From Chloroflexia bacterium (GTDB taxonomy: Bacteria; Chloroflexota; Chloroflexia; QHBQ01; JADMIH01): a DNA stretch of 64,000 nucleotides. The notes under the pieces were generated by a model. It was not told the DNA's origin. It made no database searches and saw nothing but the letters and a program-made list of their open reading frames with translations. The stretch is from positions 4,295 to 68,294 of the forward strand of contig DATINP010000044.1 of NCBI GenBank assembly GCA_035474135.1. Reading direction: 5' to 3'. Both the position numbers and the translations under genes were made by a program. Positions 46,837 to 56,025 of this stretch are shown here, one piece after another. Position 1 is the first letter of the stretch. Every line of letters starts with the position of its first letter.

Positions 46837-47415
46837 ATGAACTACGAACATTTGCTTATCTTCGGTGGGCTTTGTGTCGCGACATGGTGCCTTGTTATCT
46901 ACTTTTGGCCACGCATGCTTCTGTTCGTGTACAAGAGGGCGATCCTCGTTAAAGGGTTCGGTGACGGCCCTATCCCGGTCAATACGCTCTATACAGAGCC
47001 CCAGAAGCTCTTTGCAGAACCTCTCGCTTCGCAAACCGTCTCGAGCTCGAATTTAATGACTGTTGGCGTGAACCACGACACGCTCCCTACGGTCGGCTGG
47101 CTTGATCTCTCCAACGGACCGCAGGTCCTGCACGTCCCGGATATGTCAAATCGCTACTACAGCGTGCAATTTACGAATCCGTCGAAAAACACTACGTTTG
47201 CCTACGTCGGCACACGCACCACGGGAACCGCGGCCGGCGACTACCTCGTGAGCGGCCCCGGCTGGAAAGGAGTCATGCCGCAGGGAATGGCCCAGATCTC
47301 CGCACCGAATAATTCCGTGCTCGTCCTCGGCCGCGTGCTCGTGTACAACGACCAGGATCTCCCGACCGCCTATGGTCTCGCAAAGCAGATACAGCTGAGT
47401 AAGTTTGCTGCATGA
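46837..47415 (+). CDS. DUF1254-domain membrane-anchored protein
   Basis: NRYYSVQF...YVGTRTTG...SGPGWKG pattern; N-terminal TM; 4 nt after the preceding gene. Confidence 0.55.
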   Translation: MNYEHLLIFGGLCVATWCLVIYFWPRMLLFVYKRAILVKGFGDGPIPVNTLYTEPQKLFAEPLASQTVSSSNLMTVGVNHDTLPTVGWLDLSNGPQVLHVPDMSNRYYSVQFTNPSKNTTFAYVGTRTTGTAAGDYLVSGPGWKGVMPQGMAQISAPNNSVLVLGRVLVYNDQDLPTAYGLAKQIQLSKFAA

Positions 47416-47629
47416 GCAACATGACTAGCCTCTCCAAGCCGCCGGCGCGTCTGCGGCATAAGTACTACGCACACCAAGACTGCCTCGCTCAGTGTGCATG
47501 AGAACACTACCAACCATCTATGCAGCACCCAGTAACTTAATGACGTAAGCAGACCAAAATTGGACAGCTTTTGTGTAGTCCATTCGGGTATATTTGGGGA
47601 GCACACGGATGCCCCCTACTAACCAACCA

Positions 47630-47715
47630 ATCCTTCTGCTTCCTTCGTGTGCTTCGTGCCCTTCGTGATCCTCGTGTCCCATATTCACTTGCCACGCGTG
47701 ACGCATGACGTAAGA
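47630..47715. repeat. (CTTCGTG)4 array plus GACGCAT units
   Basis: ccttcgtgtgcttcgtgcccttcgtgatcctcgtg ... cacgcgtgacgcatgacgtaag. Confidence 0.75.
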
Positions 47716-47729
47716 GATCGTGAGGCTAT

Positions 47730-48362
47730 ATGACCTACCTGGTAATCGAGGGCGTGATAGGCGTAGGGAAGACGGCCCTGACCCGCTTGCTGGGTGAGCA
47801 GTTTGGTGTGCCCACGCTGTTCGAGCAGTTCGAGGAGAATCCGTTTCTCGGGAAGTTCTACGCCGACCGCGAACAGTATGCGTTCCAGACCGAGGTGTTC
47901 TTCCTGCTAAACCGCTACCGCCAGCAGGAGGCAGTAGTTAAGCATGCTCTCGCCGGGGGCGATGGGCACTCTCTTGTGGGCGATTATTTGTTTGCCAAGA
48001 CGCGTCTGTTCGCGGGGTTGAATCTGCGGGGAGCCGAACTGGCGCTGTTCGACGAGATATACGAGGCGTTGTCGCGGCAGGTGGCCGTCCCCGACCTCGT
48101 GGTCTACCTGACCGCGTCGGTAGATACTCTCATGTCGCGCATCTACCAGCGCGATCGATCGATCGAGCGCGCCATGCAGCGCGAATATATAGCAGACCTG
48201 GCGCGCCTGTACGACTCGTTCTTCGATGGGTACCAAGACACGCCCCTGGCCAAGATCGACACTGACAGCCTCGACTTTATGCGTAGTACTGCGGCTTTGC
48301 AGGAAGTTGTCAGAACGATCTTGCAGGCGGCGGGGGTCGGTAGTTTACGGTCAAAGAGATAG
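47730..48362 (+). CDS. deoxynucleoside kinase (dCK/dGK family)
   Basis: P-loop IEGVIGVGKT, ERS-like and LID motifs of dNK family. Confidence 0.8.
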   Translation: MTYLVIEGVIGVGKTALTRLLGEQFGVPTLFEQFEENPFLGKFYADREQYAFQTEVFFLLNRYRQQEAVVKHALAGGDGHSLVGDYLFAKTRLFAGLNLRGAELALFDEIYEALSRQVAVPDLVVYLTASVDTLMSRIYQRDRSIERAMQREYIADLARLYDSFFDGYQDTPLAKIDTDSLDFMRSTAALQEVVRTILQAAGVGSLRSKR

Positions 48363-48370
48363 GGTGGAAA

Positions 48371-48804
48371 TGAATTTGGGTAAGACGGTGAGAGACAAAA
48401 TATCGCGCGATGGAGATATAATCACACTAGGAGATATACAAGTTCTAGTCCAAGAAATTTGGTATGTGGAGGTGGTTTTTCGTCCTCCAAGGGGCTTCAT
48501 TGTCCTTAGTACTATCGCAGTAATATTATTTGCTGTAGTGCTGCTAGCCATGATCGTGGGAGCAGTAGGCAGTATTTTCTACTGGGACGCTAATTCTCCG
48601 GTTGTCGGACGGATAATAGGCATTATATTCGCAGTGGGAATGGTTGGTTGCTTTGGTACGTTCGCGTTCGCAATGATTGCCTATCGCGTGGAGTGGCAAG
48701 TAGAGATTGCCACTCCCTCCGGGACACATGTTGTTCACAGCGAACCAAGCAGAATGGGTGCGAATATCTATGCCAAGCGTTTGAGGCGTGTAATAGGTAT
48801 ATAG
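48371..48804 (+). CDS. hypothetical membrane protein on an AT-rich islet
   Basis: 144 aa with 2-3 TM; visibly AT-richer (roughly mid-40s % GC by eye) than the surrounding >60% GC. Confidence 0.45.
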
Positions 48805-48869
48805 CCGCGAGAGCTTCAACAGAATTGAGTTTCTAACAGTTAGCCTACTAAAACTCATATACCAACGAA

Positions 48870-49589
48870 CTAAGCGCCATTCCTCCGCGCCGCTCTGCCA
48901 GGACGCTTGGGGCTGATCTCTATCCCAAACTGCTGTAGCCACGACAGGTCGAGTGTCCACTCGTGCTGGGAGCGGCGCGACCACTGCTCGAACTCGGCTT
49001 CGAGGTATAGCTCGACGCTGTCCATGCTCCAGCCGTTGATATGGGCGAGGTGGGTGCGGGCCTGGCTCGACCTGCCCGTGCTCGTTGCGTAGCCGATGTG
49101 CTTGCTTTCGTGGCAGGCAGGGCACAGAGCGACGAGCCCCGCCAGTCGCTGCACGTGGTGAACGTCGTCGTATTCCCACACCTCGTGGCACTCGACAGGG
49201 TGCGCGCTCCCTCTTTGGCCGCACACCTCACAGCGTTGGCCTGCGCGCTCGTAGGTGGCATGCCTGAGGCGATCCCAGTCCTGCTGGCTCAGTTCGGAGC
49301 GCAGGTTGGAGAACCAGCAGGTGCTTGGCACAAGTTCAACCGTGAGCCGTGTGCGGGGCAGGAGGATCTCGCCGTCCTCGCCGATCTCCATTTCGTGAAT
49401 GGCACGAGGGGATGCGTCAAGGCTGGGTGCTTCGCCTACCAGCCCGGCCAGTTGAAGTTCTTGCAGTTCGTTGGCGAGGCCTTTTTCGCGACAGAGGTGG
49501 TAGAGCCAGCCTTCGCGGTAGCCGCGCTTGCGCCGCAGGTTCTCCAGCGAGAGCACCTGGCGGTGACGGGCGGTCAATTCGATGTCCAT
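48870..49589 (-). CDS. HNH-type nuclease domain protein
   Basis: C-x2-C ... ECHEVWEYDD ... LCPACHESKH fits the HNH (C-x2-C/H-H/N/C-x2-C-H) layout. Confidence 0.5.
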   Translation of the reverse strand: MDIELTARHRQVLSLENLRRKRGYREGWLYHLCREKGLANELQELQLAGLVGEAPSLDASPRAIHEMEIGEDGEILLPRTRLTVELVPSTCWFSNLRSELSQQDWDRLRHATYERAGQRCEVCGQRGSAHPVECHEVWEYDDVHHVQRLAGLVALCPACHESKHIGYATSTGRSSQARTHLAHINGWSMDSVELYLEAEFEQWSRRSQHEWTLDLSWLQQFGIEISPKRPGRAARRNGA

Positions 49590-49602
49590 GCCTAATTATA
49601 GC

Positions 49603-49950
49603 TTAGATACGCCCCTCCAGGTACTCCTTCAGGGCGAGGGCGGCGTTGTGCTCGGTGTCGTGGGCACTGTAGAGGAGAGTGACCGTGCCCTTGCGGGCGG
49701 CATCGAGGATAGGCTGCCAGGCGTCGGGGTGGGAGTCCAGTTCGGCGTGATAGCGTTGCTGGAACTCGGCCCATTTCGCGGGGTCGTGCGCGAACCATTT
49801 ACGGAGGTCCGTGCTGGGAGCTACGTCCTTCAGCCAGCCGTCAAGCACCAGCGTCTCTTTGCGCATCCCTCTCGGCCACAGCCTCTCCACCAGGAATCGG
49901 GTGCCGTCCGAGGGGTCGGCGGGTTCGTATGCGCGCTTGGTTGTGATCAT
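49603..49950 (-). CDS. DUF488-family protein
   Basis: YEPADPSDGTRFLVERLWPRG...TLLYSAHD pattern. Confidence 0.65.
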   Translation of the reverse strand: MITTKRAYEPADPSDGTRFLVERLWPRGMRKETLVLDGWLKDVAPSTDLRKWFAHDPAKWAEFQQRYHAELDSHPDAWQPILDAARKGTVTLLYSAHDTEHNAALALKEYLEGRI

Positions 49951-49969
49951 GTCGTTGCCTCCGAGTGAC

Positions 49970-50059
49970 GAGGGGCGAGGGGTTAGGGGTTAGCAGAGAT
50001 ATGATGCGTCATACGCGTTTCGTCGGTCGTCGTACTAACCCCCAACCTCTCGCCCCTCG
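49970..50059. repeat. large composite palindrome: GGGGTTA arms enclosing GACGCAT and GTCGTCG units
   Basis: gaggggcgaggggttaggggttag ... atgatgcgtcatacgcgtttcgtcggtcgtcgtac taacccccaacctctcgcccctc. Confidence 0.8.
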
Positions 50060-50346
50060 TTAGCGAAGCGCCACCATCTCTCGAAGCGGGCTTGGTCCCA
50101 GGGGTCGAACACGATGGCTTGCATGTGGTATACGAGCGTGGGGGTGATCTGATAGCCGCCCGTCACGAACTCGACACCCTGTGCTGCCGCTTCGTCCTGC
50201 TCGATGTCCACCTCTTCGTATTCTATCTGCTCGGCCTTGAAATAGGCCACTGCCGCATCGCTGTCCTCGCACCATGAGCGCCTGTAAATTACTATCGGTC
50301 CCGACTGCATTTCTTCTCCCTGGTTGGTCGTGATTAGTGACGACAC
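50035..50346 (-). CDS. glutaredoxin-like (monothiol C-x2-S) protein
   Basis: IVIYRRSWCEDSDAAVAYF thioredoxin-fold N-terminus. Confidence 0.5.
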   Translation of the reverse strand: MSSLITTNQGEEMQSGPIVIYRRSWCEDSDAAVAYFKAEQIEYEEVDIEQDEAAAQGVEFVTGGYQITPTLVYHMQAIVFDPWDQARFERWWRFANEGREVGG

Positions 50347-50429
50347 GCGTCATGCGTCATCGCCTCGTAATCCCACGTGAACTTCATGATCCATCTTCGT
50401 TCGCCATGCATGACCCGTCACGCCGTCCA

Positions 50430-51902
50430 TCAAACGCTGACCACCGGCTCGAAGTTCTGGATGTCTTCTCGCGATCCGCCCTGTCCCTCGCCGTAGTGGG
50501 CATAGCTCTCTATGAAGTCAATGGATTGCAGCCATTTTACCATCTTGAAGCCTACCTGCGTCTCCACGCGCAGACGTAAAGGCGCGCCGTGGGGAACGGA
50601 TAGCGGCTCGTAGTTCATCTCGTAGGCCAGAATAGTCTGAGGCAGCCGCGCCATCTCAATGGGGAGCGACTCGTGGAAGGGACGGCCACGCGCGTCGAGG
50701 CCGATGGACACGAACATCATGTAGCGCGCGCCCGCCTTTGGGTGACAGCGGTTAAGGATGTCGCTCAACGCCACGCCTCCCCACTGGGCTGTACCTGTCC
50801 AGCCCTGAATGCAGTGGTGCTTGGTTATCTGTGTATGCTTGGTCATGGCTTGCAGGTCGGCCAGGGTCAGGTGCAGGGGCTTGTCCACGAGGCCCTTTAC
50901 TTCAAGTGCCCAGTCCTTGTATTCACTGTCTACCAACTGTTGGTACTGGGCGGTCTCGGGTGGGTAGCCGTTGAGGATCAAGGTAGGCGAGATTTCGTCG
51001 GGGCGGTAGGTCTGGCGCGAACGCATGCGAAGCGACAGCAACCGCAGGCCAGGCCTGATAATCCAGCCCAGGATGTGCTGTACGGTGCGAGGGGATTTGC
51101 GCGAGTACCAGGTCGTGATGCCCCAGATAACAATGCCTGCGGCGATGATTCCCAGGCCGATAGCGATAGCCAGACCCTGATCGTGGTCATGTTGGCCCAG
51201 CACGATGTTGCCCATGTTGTTGCCGAACCCCGTCAGCACGACCAGTGTGACGTGGATGGCGATAAAGACCAGGAAGGCCACCAGTCCAATGAAGTGGAGG
51301 CTGCGCGCGGTTTGCCTGCCGCCGAACAACCGGGCATACCAGGGGAATTGCGCCTCGACCGCGGGCGACTGGGCCGCGCCTGTCAATATCAGGAAGGGCG
51401 CGAGGATGAATATCACCCCGGCGTAGGCCAATTGCTGGAGCGGGTCGAAGGGCTGGAACGCATCGGGAGGCGGTACGCGGAAGCTCACGTAGCCCACGAG
51501 GGTGTCCCACGCCTCGGGGATGACCGACCACGAGGTGGGGATCAGGCGCGTCCAGCCGCCAGTAGCGAAAAGGAGGACGACGTAAATCAACCCGTTGAGC
51601 ACCCAGAAACCGAGCGCCGCGAAGTGCCAATGGCGACCCAACCCCAGGCTATTGCCAGGCTGGGCGATCAGGGGCGACCAGTCCTCCTCCTGTTCGCGAG
51701 CGATCCATGGTCGTTCAGGGTGGATCACTTTCTTAGTGAACTTGGCCCACTCTGTGCCAGGTATGCAGTGGTCATTCCAGTAGAGGCGGGGGTAGGCCGC
51801 CAATATCTGTATGCCCGCCCTGATGACGAAGCCTATCAGCAGAAAGTTCACCCAGTGGGCCATGCGTATCCATAGTGGGAAACCTTGTGCTGCATCGTTC
51901 AT
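50430..51902 (-). CDS. fusion of membrane cytochrome b-type domain (MsrQ/YedZ-like) with sulfite-oxidase-family molybdopterin oxidoreductase (MsrP/YedY-like)
   Basis: N-terminal 5-6 TM with conserved His; C-terminal HHCIQGWTG and NYEPLSVPHGAPLRLRV Moco-binding signatures. Confidence 0.7.
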   Translation of the reverse strand: MNDAAQGFPLWIRMAHWVNFLLIGFVIRAGIQILAAYPRLYWNDHCIPGTEWAKFTKKVIHPERPWIAREQEEDWSPLIAQPGNSLGLGRHWHFAALGFWVLNGLIYVVLLFATGGWTRLIPTSWSVIPEAWDTLVGYVSFRVPPPDAFQPFDPLQQLAYAGVIFILAPFLILTGAAQSPAVEAQFPWYARLFGGRQTARSLHFIGLVAFLVFIAIHVTLVVLTGFGNNMGNIVLGQHDHDQGLAIAIGLGIIAAGIVIWGITTWYSRKSPRTVQHILGWIIRPGLRLLSLRMRSRQTYRPDEISPTLILNGYPPETAQYQQLVDSEYKDWALEVKGLVDKPLHLTLADLQAMTKHTQITKHHCIQGWTGTAQWGGVALSDILNRCHPKAGARYMMFVSIGLDARGRPFHESLPIEMARLPQTILAYEMNYEPLSVPHGAPLRLRVETQVGFKMVKWLQSIDFIESYAHYGEGQGGSREDIQNFEPVVSV

Positions 51903-51920
51903 GTTTGTATCTCCAGGAGT

Positions 51921-52043
51921 GGGTGATCGGTGACCGGTGAGCGGTGACCAGGGACCAGTGACCAGTGACCAGTGACCAGGGTTAGTAGGACAACAGATGA
52001 CGTATCACGTATCACTACTGGCCACTGGTCACTGGTCACTCAC
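51921..52043. repeat. (GTGACCR)n / (TGGTCAC)n long hairpin element
   Basis: About 8 GTGACC-type heptamers at 51921-51979, 40-nt centre, (CTGGTCA)3 at 52019-52043. Confidence 0.85.
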
Positions 52044-53722
52044 ATCTCCCCCAGCCTCATATTCTCGGCGTTGTCTATCGGCACCTCGATCAGGGTGGGT
52101 TCGTCCATGTCGAGGGCGCGGCGGAGCAGGGGTGCGAAGTCCTCTGCCTGTTCCACTCGCCAGGCGGGGATGCCGAACGAGCTTGCATATTGCACCAGAT
52201 CGGGGTTGGTGAAGTCTACACCAAAGGTGCGTCCGAAGCGGCGCTTCTGGTTTAGCTCGATCACGCCGTAATGTCCGTCGGTCCACACCACGTTCACGTA
52301 GGGCAGGCGGAGGCGGTGGGCCGTCTCCAACTCCTGAGAGTTCATCATGAAGCCGCCGTCGCCGCTCACCGCCACCACCTTGCGGTCCGGCAGAGCGAGT
52401 TTCGCCGCCAACCCACCAGGCACCGCGATGCCCATCGTGGCGAAGCCGTTGGAGATGATCACGGTGTTGGGGCGGGCGGCGGGGTAGAGGAGGGACAGCC
52501 ATAACTTGTGCGCGCCCACGTCGCTTACCAGGATGTCATCGTCGCCGAGCGCCTGCCTGATCTCCCACACCACTCTTTGCGGCTTCACGGGCATACTGCT
52601 GTCCGTTGCGTAGCTTTGCAGGCCGGATAGTGCGCTCTCTTCGCCCTGCTCGGGCTGACTGTTGGCCCCTTTCCACCACGAATGTGCGCGTTCCCGGCAC
52701 AGGCCGGCCAGGGCTTGCAGAGCATGAGCGATCTCGCCCACTACTTCCAGCGCGGGCAGGTAATGGCCATCGATCTCGGCAGGGGTGCTGTCAACGTGGA
52801 TGATTTCTTTGTCGCGGTGCGGGTTCCATAGCACGGGTGACCACTCCACAAGGTCGTACCCTACGGTCATCACGAGGTCGGCTTCGGCCAGTTGGGGAAC
52901 GGCGGCCAGGTCAGCGCCGGGTCTTTGCAGACCTACGGTGGCGAGGGAGTGGGGGTCGCGGTAGTCGATGCACCCCTTGCCCATGTAGGTATGGGCTACG
53001 GGCAAATCGAGCGCGTGGATCATGGCGACGAGGGCGTCGGCGGCCCCATGCCCGCTGGCCTGCCTGCGCACGACCCCGTTGCCCACCAGCACAAGGGGGC
53101 GTTTTGCACGACATAGGAGTTCCGCCGCCTTTTCCAACACGGCAGGCCCCGCCTGCGGGTAGGTAGTGCGGCGTATGGGCATTGGCTCGGTATCGGGTGG
53201 GACTGGAGTGGAGGCCACGTCCTCGGGCAGTTCGAGGTGGGTGGCGCCCGGCTTTTCGAGCCGCGCCAGCCGGAAGGCCTTGCGCACCATCTCGGGTACG
53301 GCTTCAGGTTGTTCTATGCGGGCGTTCCACTTGGTGATGGGCCGGAGCATCTGCACCACGTCAATGTACTGGTGCGACTCTTTATACACGCGCTCGAGGC
53401 CCGCCTGCCCTGTGATCGCCACGAGGGGGGCGCGGTCGAGGTTGGCGTCTGCTATGCCCGTAATGAGGTTGGTCGCGCCCGGGCCGAGAGTCGCCAGGCA
53501 CACGCCGGGGTAGGTGGTAAGGCGTCCGTACACATCGGCCATGAATGCGGCACCCTGCTCGTGGCGGGTGGTAATGAACTTGATACTTTTGCTGTGCGAA
53601 AGGGCGTCGAGCAGGTCGAGAATTTCCTCGCCCGGCACGCCGAAGACGTACTTGACGCCTTCGTTTTCAAGGCAGCGCACCAAAAGTTCGGCGGCGTTGG
53701 TAGGATCTTTCATAAGGGTCAT
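52040..53722 (-). CDS. alsS: acetolactate synthase-type thiamine-diphosphate enzyme
   Basis: TPP-enzyme N-terminal (YVFGVPGEEILDLLDAL), central and C-terminal TPP-binding (GDGGFMMN) domains; start at MTLMKDP. Confidence 0.65.
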   Translation of the reverse strand: MTLMKDPTNAAELLVRCLENEGVKYVFGVPGEEILDLLDALSHSKSIKFITTRHEQGAAFMADVYGRLTTYPGVCLATLGPGATNLITGIADANLDRAPLVAITGQAGLERVYKESHQYIDVVQMLRPITKWNARIEQPEAVPEMVRKAFRLARLEKPGATHLELPEDVASTPVPPDTEPMPIRRTTYPQAGPAVLEKAAELLCRAKRPLVLVGNGVVRRQASGHGAADALVAMIHALDLPVAHTYMGKGCIDYRDPHSLATVGLQRPGADLAAVPQLAEADLVMTVGYDLVEWSPVLWNPHRDKEIIHVDSTPAEIDGHYLPALEVVGEIAHALQALAGLCRERAHSWWKGANSQPEQGEESALSGLQSYATDSSMPVKPQRVVWEIRQALGDDDILVSDVGAHKLWLSLLYPAARPNTVIISNGFATMGIAVPGGLAAKLALPDRKVVAVSGDGGFMMNSQELETAHRLRLPYVNVVWTDGHYGVIELNQKRRFGRTFGVDFTNPDLVQYASSFGIPAWRVEQAEDFAPLLRRALDMDEPTLIEVPIDNAENMRLGEM

Positions 53723-53988
53723 AGATCTTAGGTCTAAGTCATGAGCTATGCATGACTTGTCCTGTATTGAAGGTTGGGTAGTTGATACTAACAGTATACA
53801 TCCGTTGGGGATGGCGAACGAGGAAGGGGAGGTCAGAGACCCGGCTATACGTTGACGTGACCACATCGTCTGGTGTGAAGTGGGCCTTTCTGTTATGATT
53901 TTGCTGACTAGTGGATCACTTGTGGCGTATGACGCATGACATACGAGCTGCGGCTTCTATTTTCTCCCAGAAAGACAGGTACAACTAC

Positions 53989-56019
53989 ATGGCTGACAAT
54001 GTGACTACCAAGATTATCAAGTCCCACTTGATGGGGGGCGATCTCGTGCCGGGACAAGAGATAGCATTGAGGGTAGATCAGACCCTGCTGCAGGACGCCA
54101 CGGGCACGATGGCCTCTTTACAGTTCGAAGAGCTGGGGATCCAGCGCGTATCGGTACCGCTCGCGGTGCAATACGTGGATCACAACATGATCGCGCTCGA
54201 CTTCAAGAACCCCGACGATCATCGCTTCTTGCAGTCCTTTGCGGCCAGATACGGTCTGCACTTTTCGCACCCCGGCAACGGCATCTCGCACTATGTCCAC
54301 CTGGAGCGTTTCGGCAAGCCGGGAGCCGTGATGGTCGGAGCCGACAGCCACACCACCACCGCGGGCGCTCTCGCTATGATCGCTATCGGGGCGGGGGGTC
54401 TCGATGTGGCCGTGTGCATGTCGGGCCAGGCCTTCGAGTTCGAGAGCCCCCTTATCGTGGGGGTCGAGTTGCGCGGCCACCTGTCGCCGTGGGTGCAGGC
54501 CAAGGACGTGATCCTCGAACTGCTGAGGCGGCGCGGGGTGCGTAACGGCCTGGGCCGCATATTCGAGTTCTATGGCGAGGGCGTCGCCACTCTGAACGTG
54601 ACCCAGCGCGGCACGATCTGCAATATGATTGTCGAGATGGGCGCGACCACAGGCCTGTTCCCCTCGGACGAGCAAACCCGCGAATGGCTCGAGTTCCAGC
54701 AGAGGCCCGGCGACTGGACAGAGCTCGTGGCCGACGAAGGCGCCACCTACGACGAGTACGAGTTGATAGAATTGGACAAACTGGAACCCCTGATCGCCAA
54801 ACCTTCCAGCCCCGGCAACGTGGTGCCCGTACGTGAAGTGGCCGGAATCCCGGCGGCGCAGGTGTGCGTCGGCTCGTCGGTCAATTCGGGTTACCAGGAC
54901 CTGGCGATAGTGGCGGCGGTGTTGCGTGACAAGTCGGTGGCCGAAAGTGTGGTGATGACGGTTACTCCCGGCTCGCGCCAGATCCTCTCTACGTTGACCC
55001 GGAGCGGCATTTACAACGACCTGATGGTGGCGGGCGGACGTATGCTCGAGCCGGCGTGCGGGCCGTGCGTAGGCATGGGGCAGGCGCCGCCCTCGGGTGC
55101 TGCTTCGGTGCGCACCTTCAACCGCAATTTCCCGGGACGCAGCGGCACACAGAACGACCAGGTTTACCTGTGCAGTCCGGCTACCGCGGCGGCCACTGCC
55201 CTCTATGGCGTGATTACCGACCCTCGCGACCTGGGAGTGGAGGAGCCTACATTCCCACCGCCGGTGTTCGACCCCGCAGCGGGCGCACGCCAGATCACCC
55301 CGCCCATACCGGCGGAAGAGGCTCGGTCTATCGTGATCTCGCGCGGGCCGAACATCAAGCCACCCCCGGCGGAGACTCCCCTATCCGAATCGCTGGAAGG
55401 GTGCGTACTGATCGTCGTTGGCGATGATATATCAACTGGCGACCTGTCGCCCGATGGGGCTGAGGTGATGGCCTTCAGGTCGAACGTGGCCGCTATGTCG
55501 AAGTTCGTATTCCGCCGTATTGACCCAGATTTCGCGTCGCGGGCGCAAGAGTGGGGAGGCGGATTTATCGTGGGAGGGCACAATTACGGGCAAGGGTCTT
55601 CACGCGAGCATGCAGCGCTGGCTCCCAAGCAGTTGGGGGTGCGGGCCGTGATAGCCCGGAGCTTTGCGCGCATCCATCGCCGTAACCTGATAGCCCAGGG
55701 CATACCACCACTCAGCTTTGTTGACGACGCCGGCTATGATCTGGCGTGTCAGGGCGACAGGTGGGAGATCCCGGGCATCCGAGAGGCACTGGCAAATGGG
55801 CGTGAGGAGATCACTGTTCGGATTGCCGAACGAGGGGTGGAATTCAAGCTACAACTTCACTTCTCGCCGCGAGAGCGCGAGGTGCTGCTGAGCGGGGGCT
55901 TGCTGGCGCACATCCGCGAGGGTGGCGGCAATCTCAGTGCAGGCCAGGCGGTCAGCGCCGCCGTAGATCAGGGCTCGCCCTTCAATAATCCCCTGCCGCA
56001 AGAGCCTCCTGTGGCTTAA
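53989..56019 (+). CDS. aconitase-family hydratase/dehydratase
   Basis: GADSHTTTAGA, CGPCVGMGQ, SGTQND and swivel-domain GHNYGQGSSREHAAL motifs; start at MADNVTT. Confidence 0.65.
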   Translation: MADNVTTKIIKSHLMGGDLVPGQEIALRVDQTLLQDATGTMASLQFEELGIQRVSVPLAVQYVDHNMIALDFKNPDDHRFLQSFAARYGLHFSHPGNGISHYVHLERFGKPGAVMVGADSHTTTAGALAMIAIGAGGLDVAVCMSGQAFEFESPLIVGVELRGHLSPWVQAKDVILELLRRRGVRNGLGRIFEFYGEGVATLNVTQRGTICNMIVEMGATTGLFPSDEQTREWLEFQQRPGDWTELVADEGATYDEYELIELDKLEPLIAKPSSPGNVVPVREVAGIPAAQVCVGSSVNSGYQDLAIVAAVLRDKSVAESVVMTVTPGSRQILSTLTRSGIYNDLMVAGGRMLEPACGPCVGMGQAPPSGAASVRTFNRNFPGRSGTQNDQVYLCSPATAAATALYGVITDPRDLGVEEPTFPPPVFDPAAGARQITPPIPAEEARSIVISRGPNIKPPPAETPLSESLEGCVLIVVGDDISTGDLSPDGAEVMAFRSNVAAMSKFVFRRIDPDFASRAQEWGGGFIVGGHNYGQGSSREHAALAPKQLGVRAVIARSFARIHRRNLIAQGIPPLSFVDDAGYDLACQGDRWEIPGIREALANGREEITVRIAERGVEFKLQLHFSPREREVLLSGGLLAHIREGGGNLSAGQAVSAAVDQGSPFNNPLPQEPPVA

Positions 56020-56025
56020 TACAGT

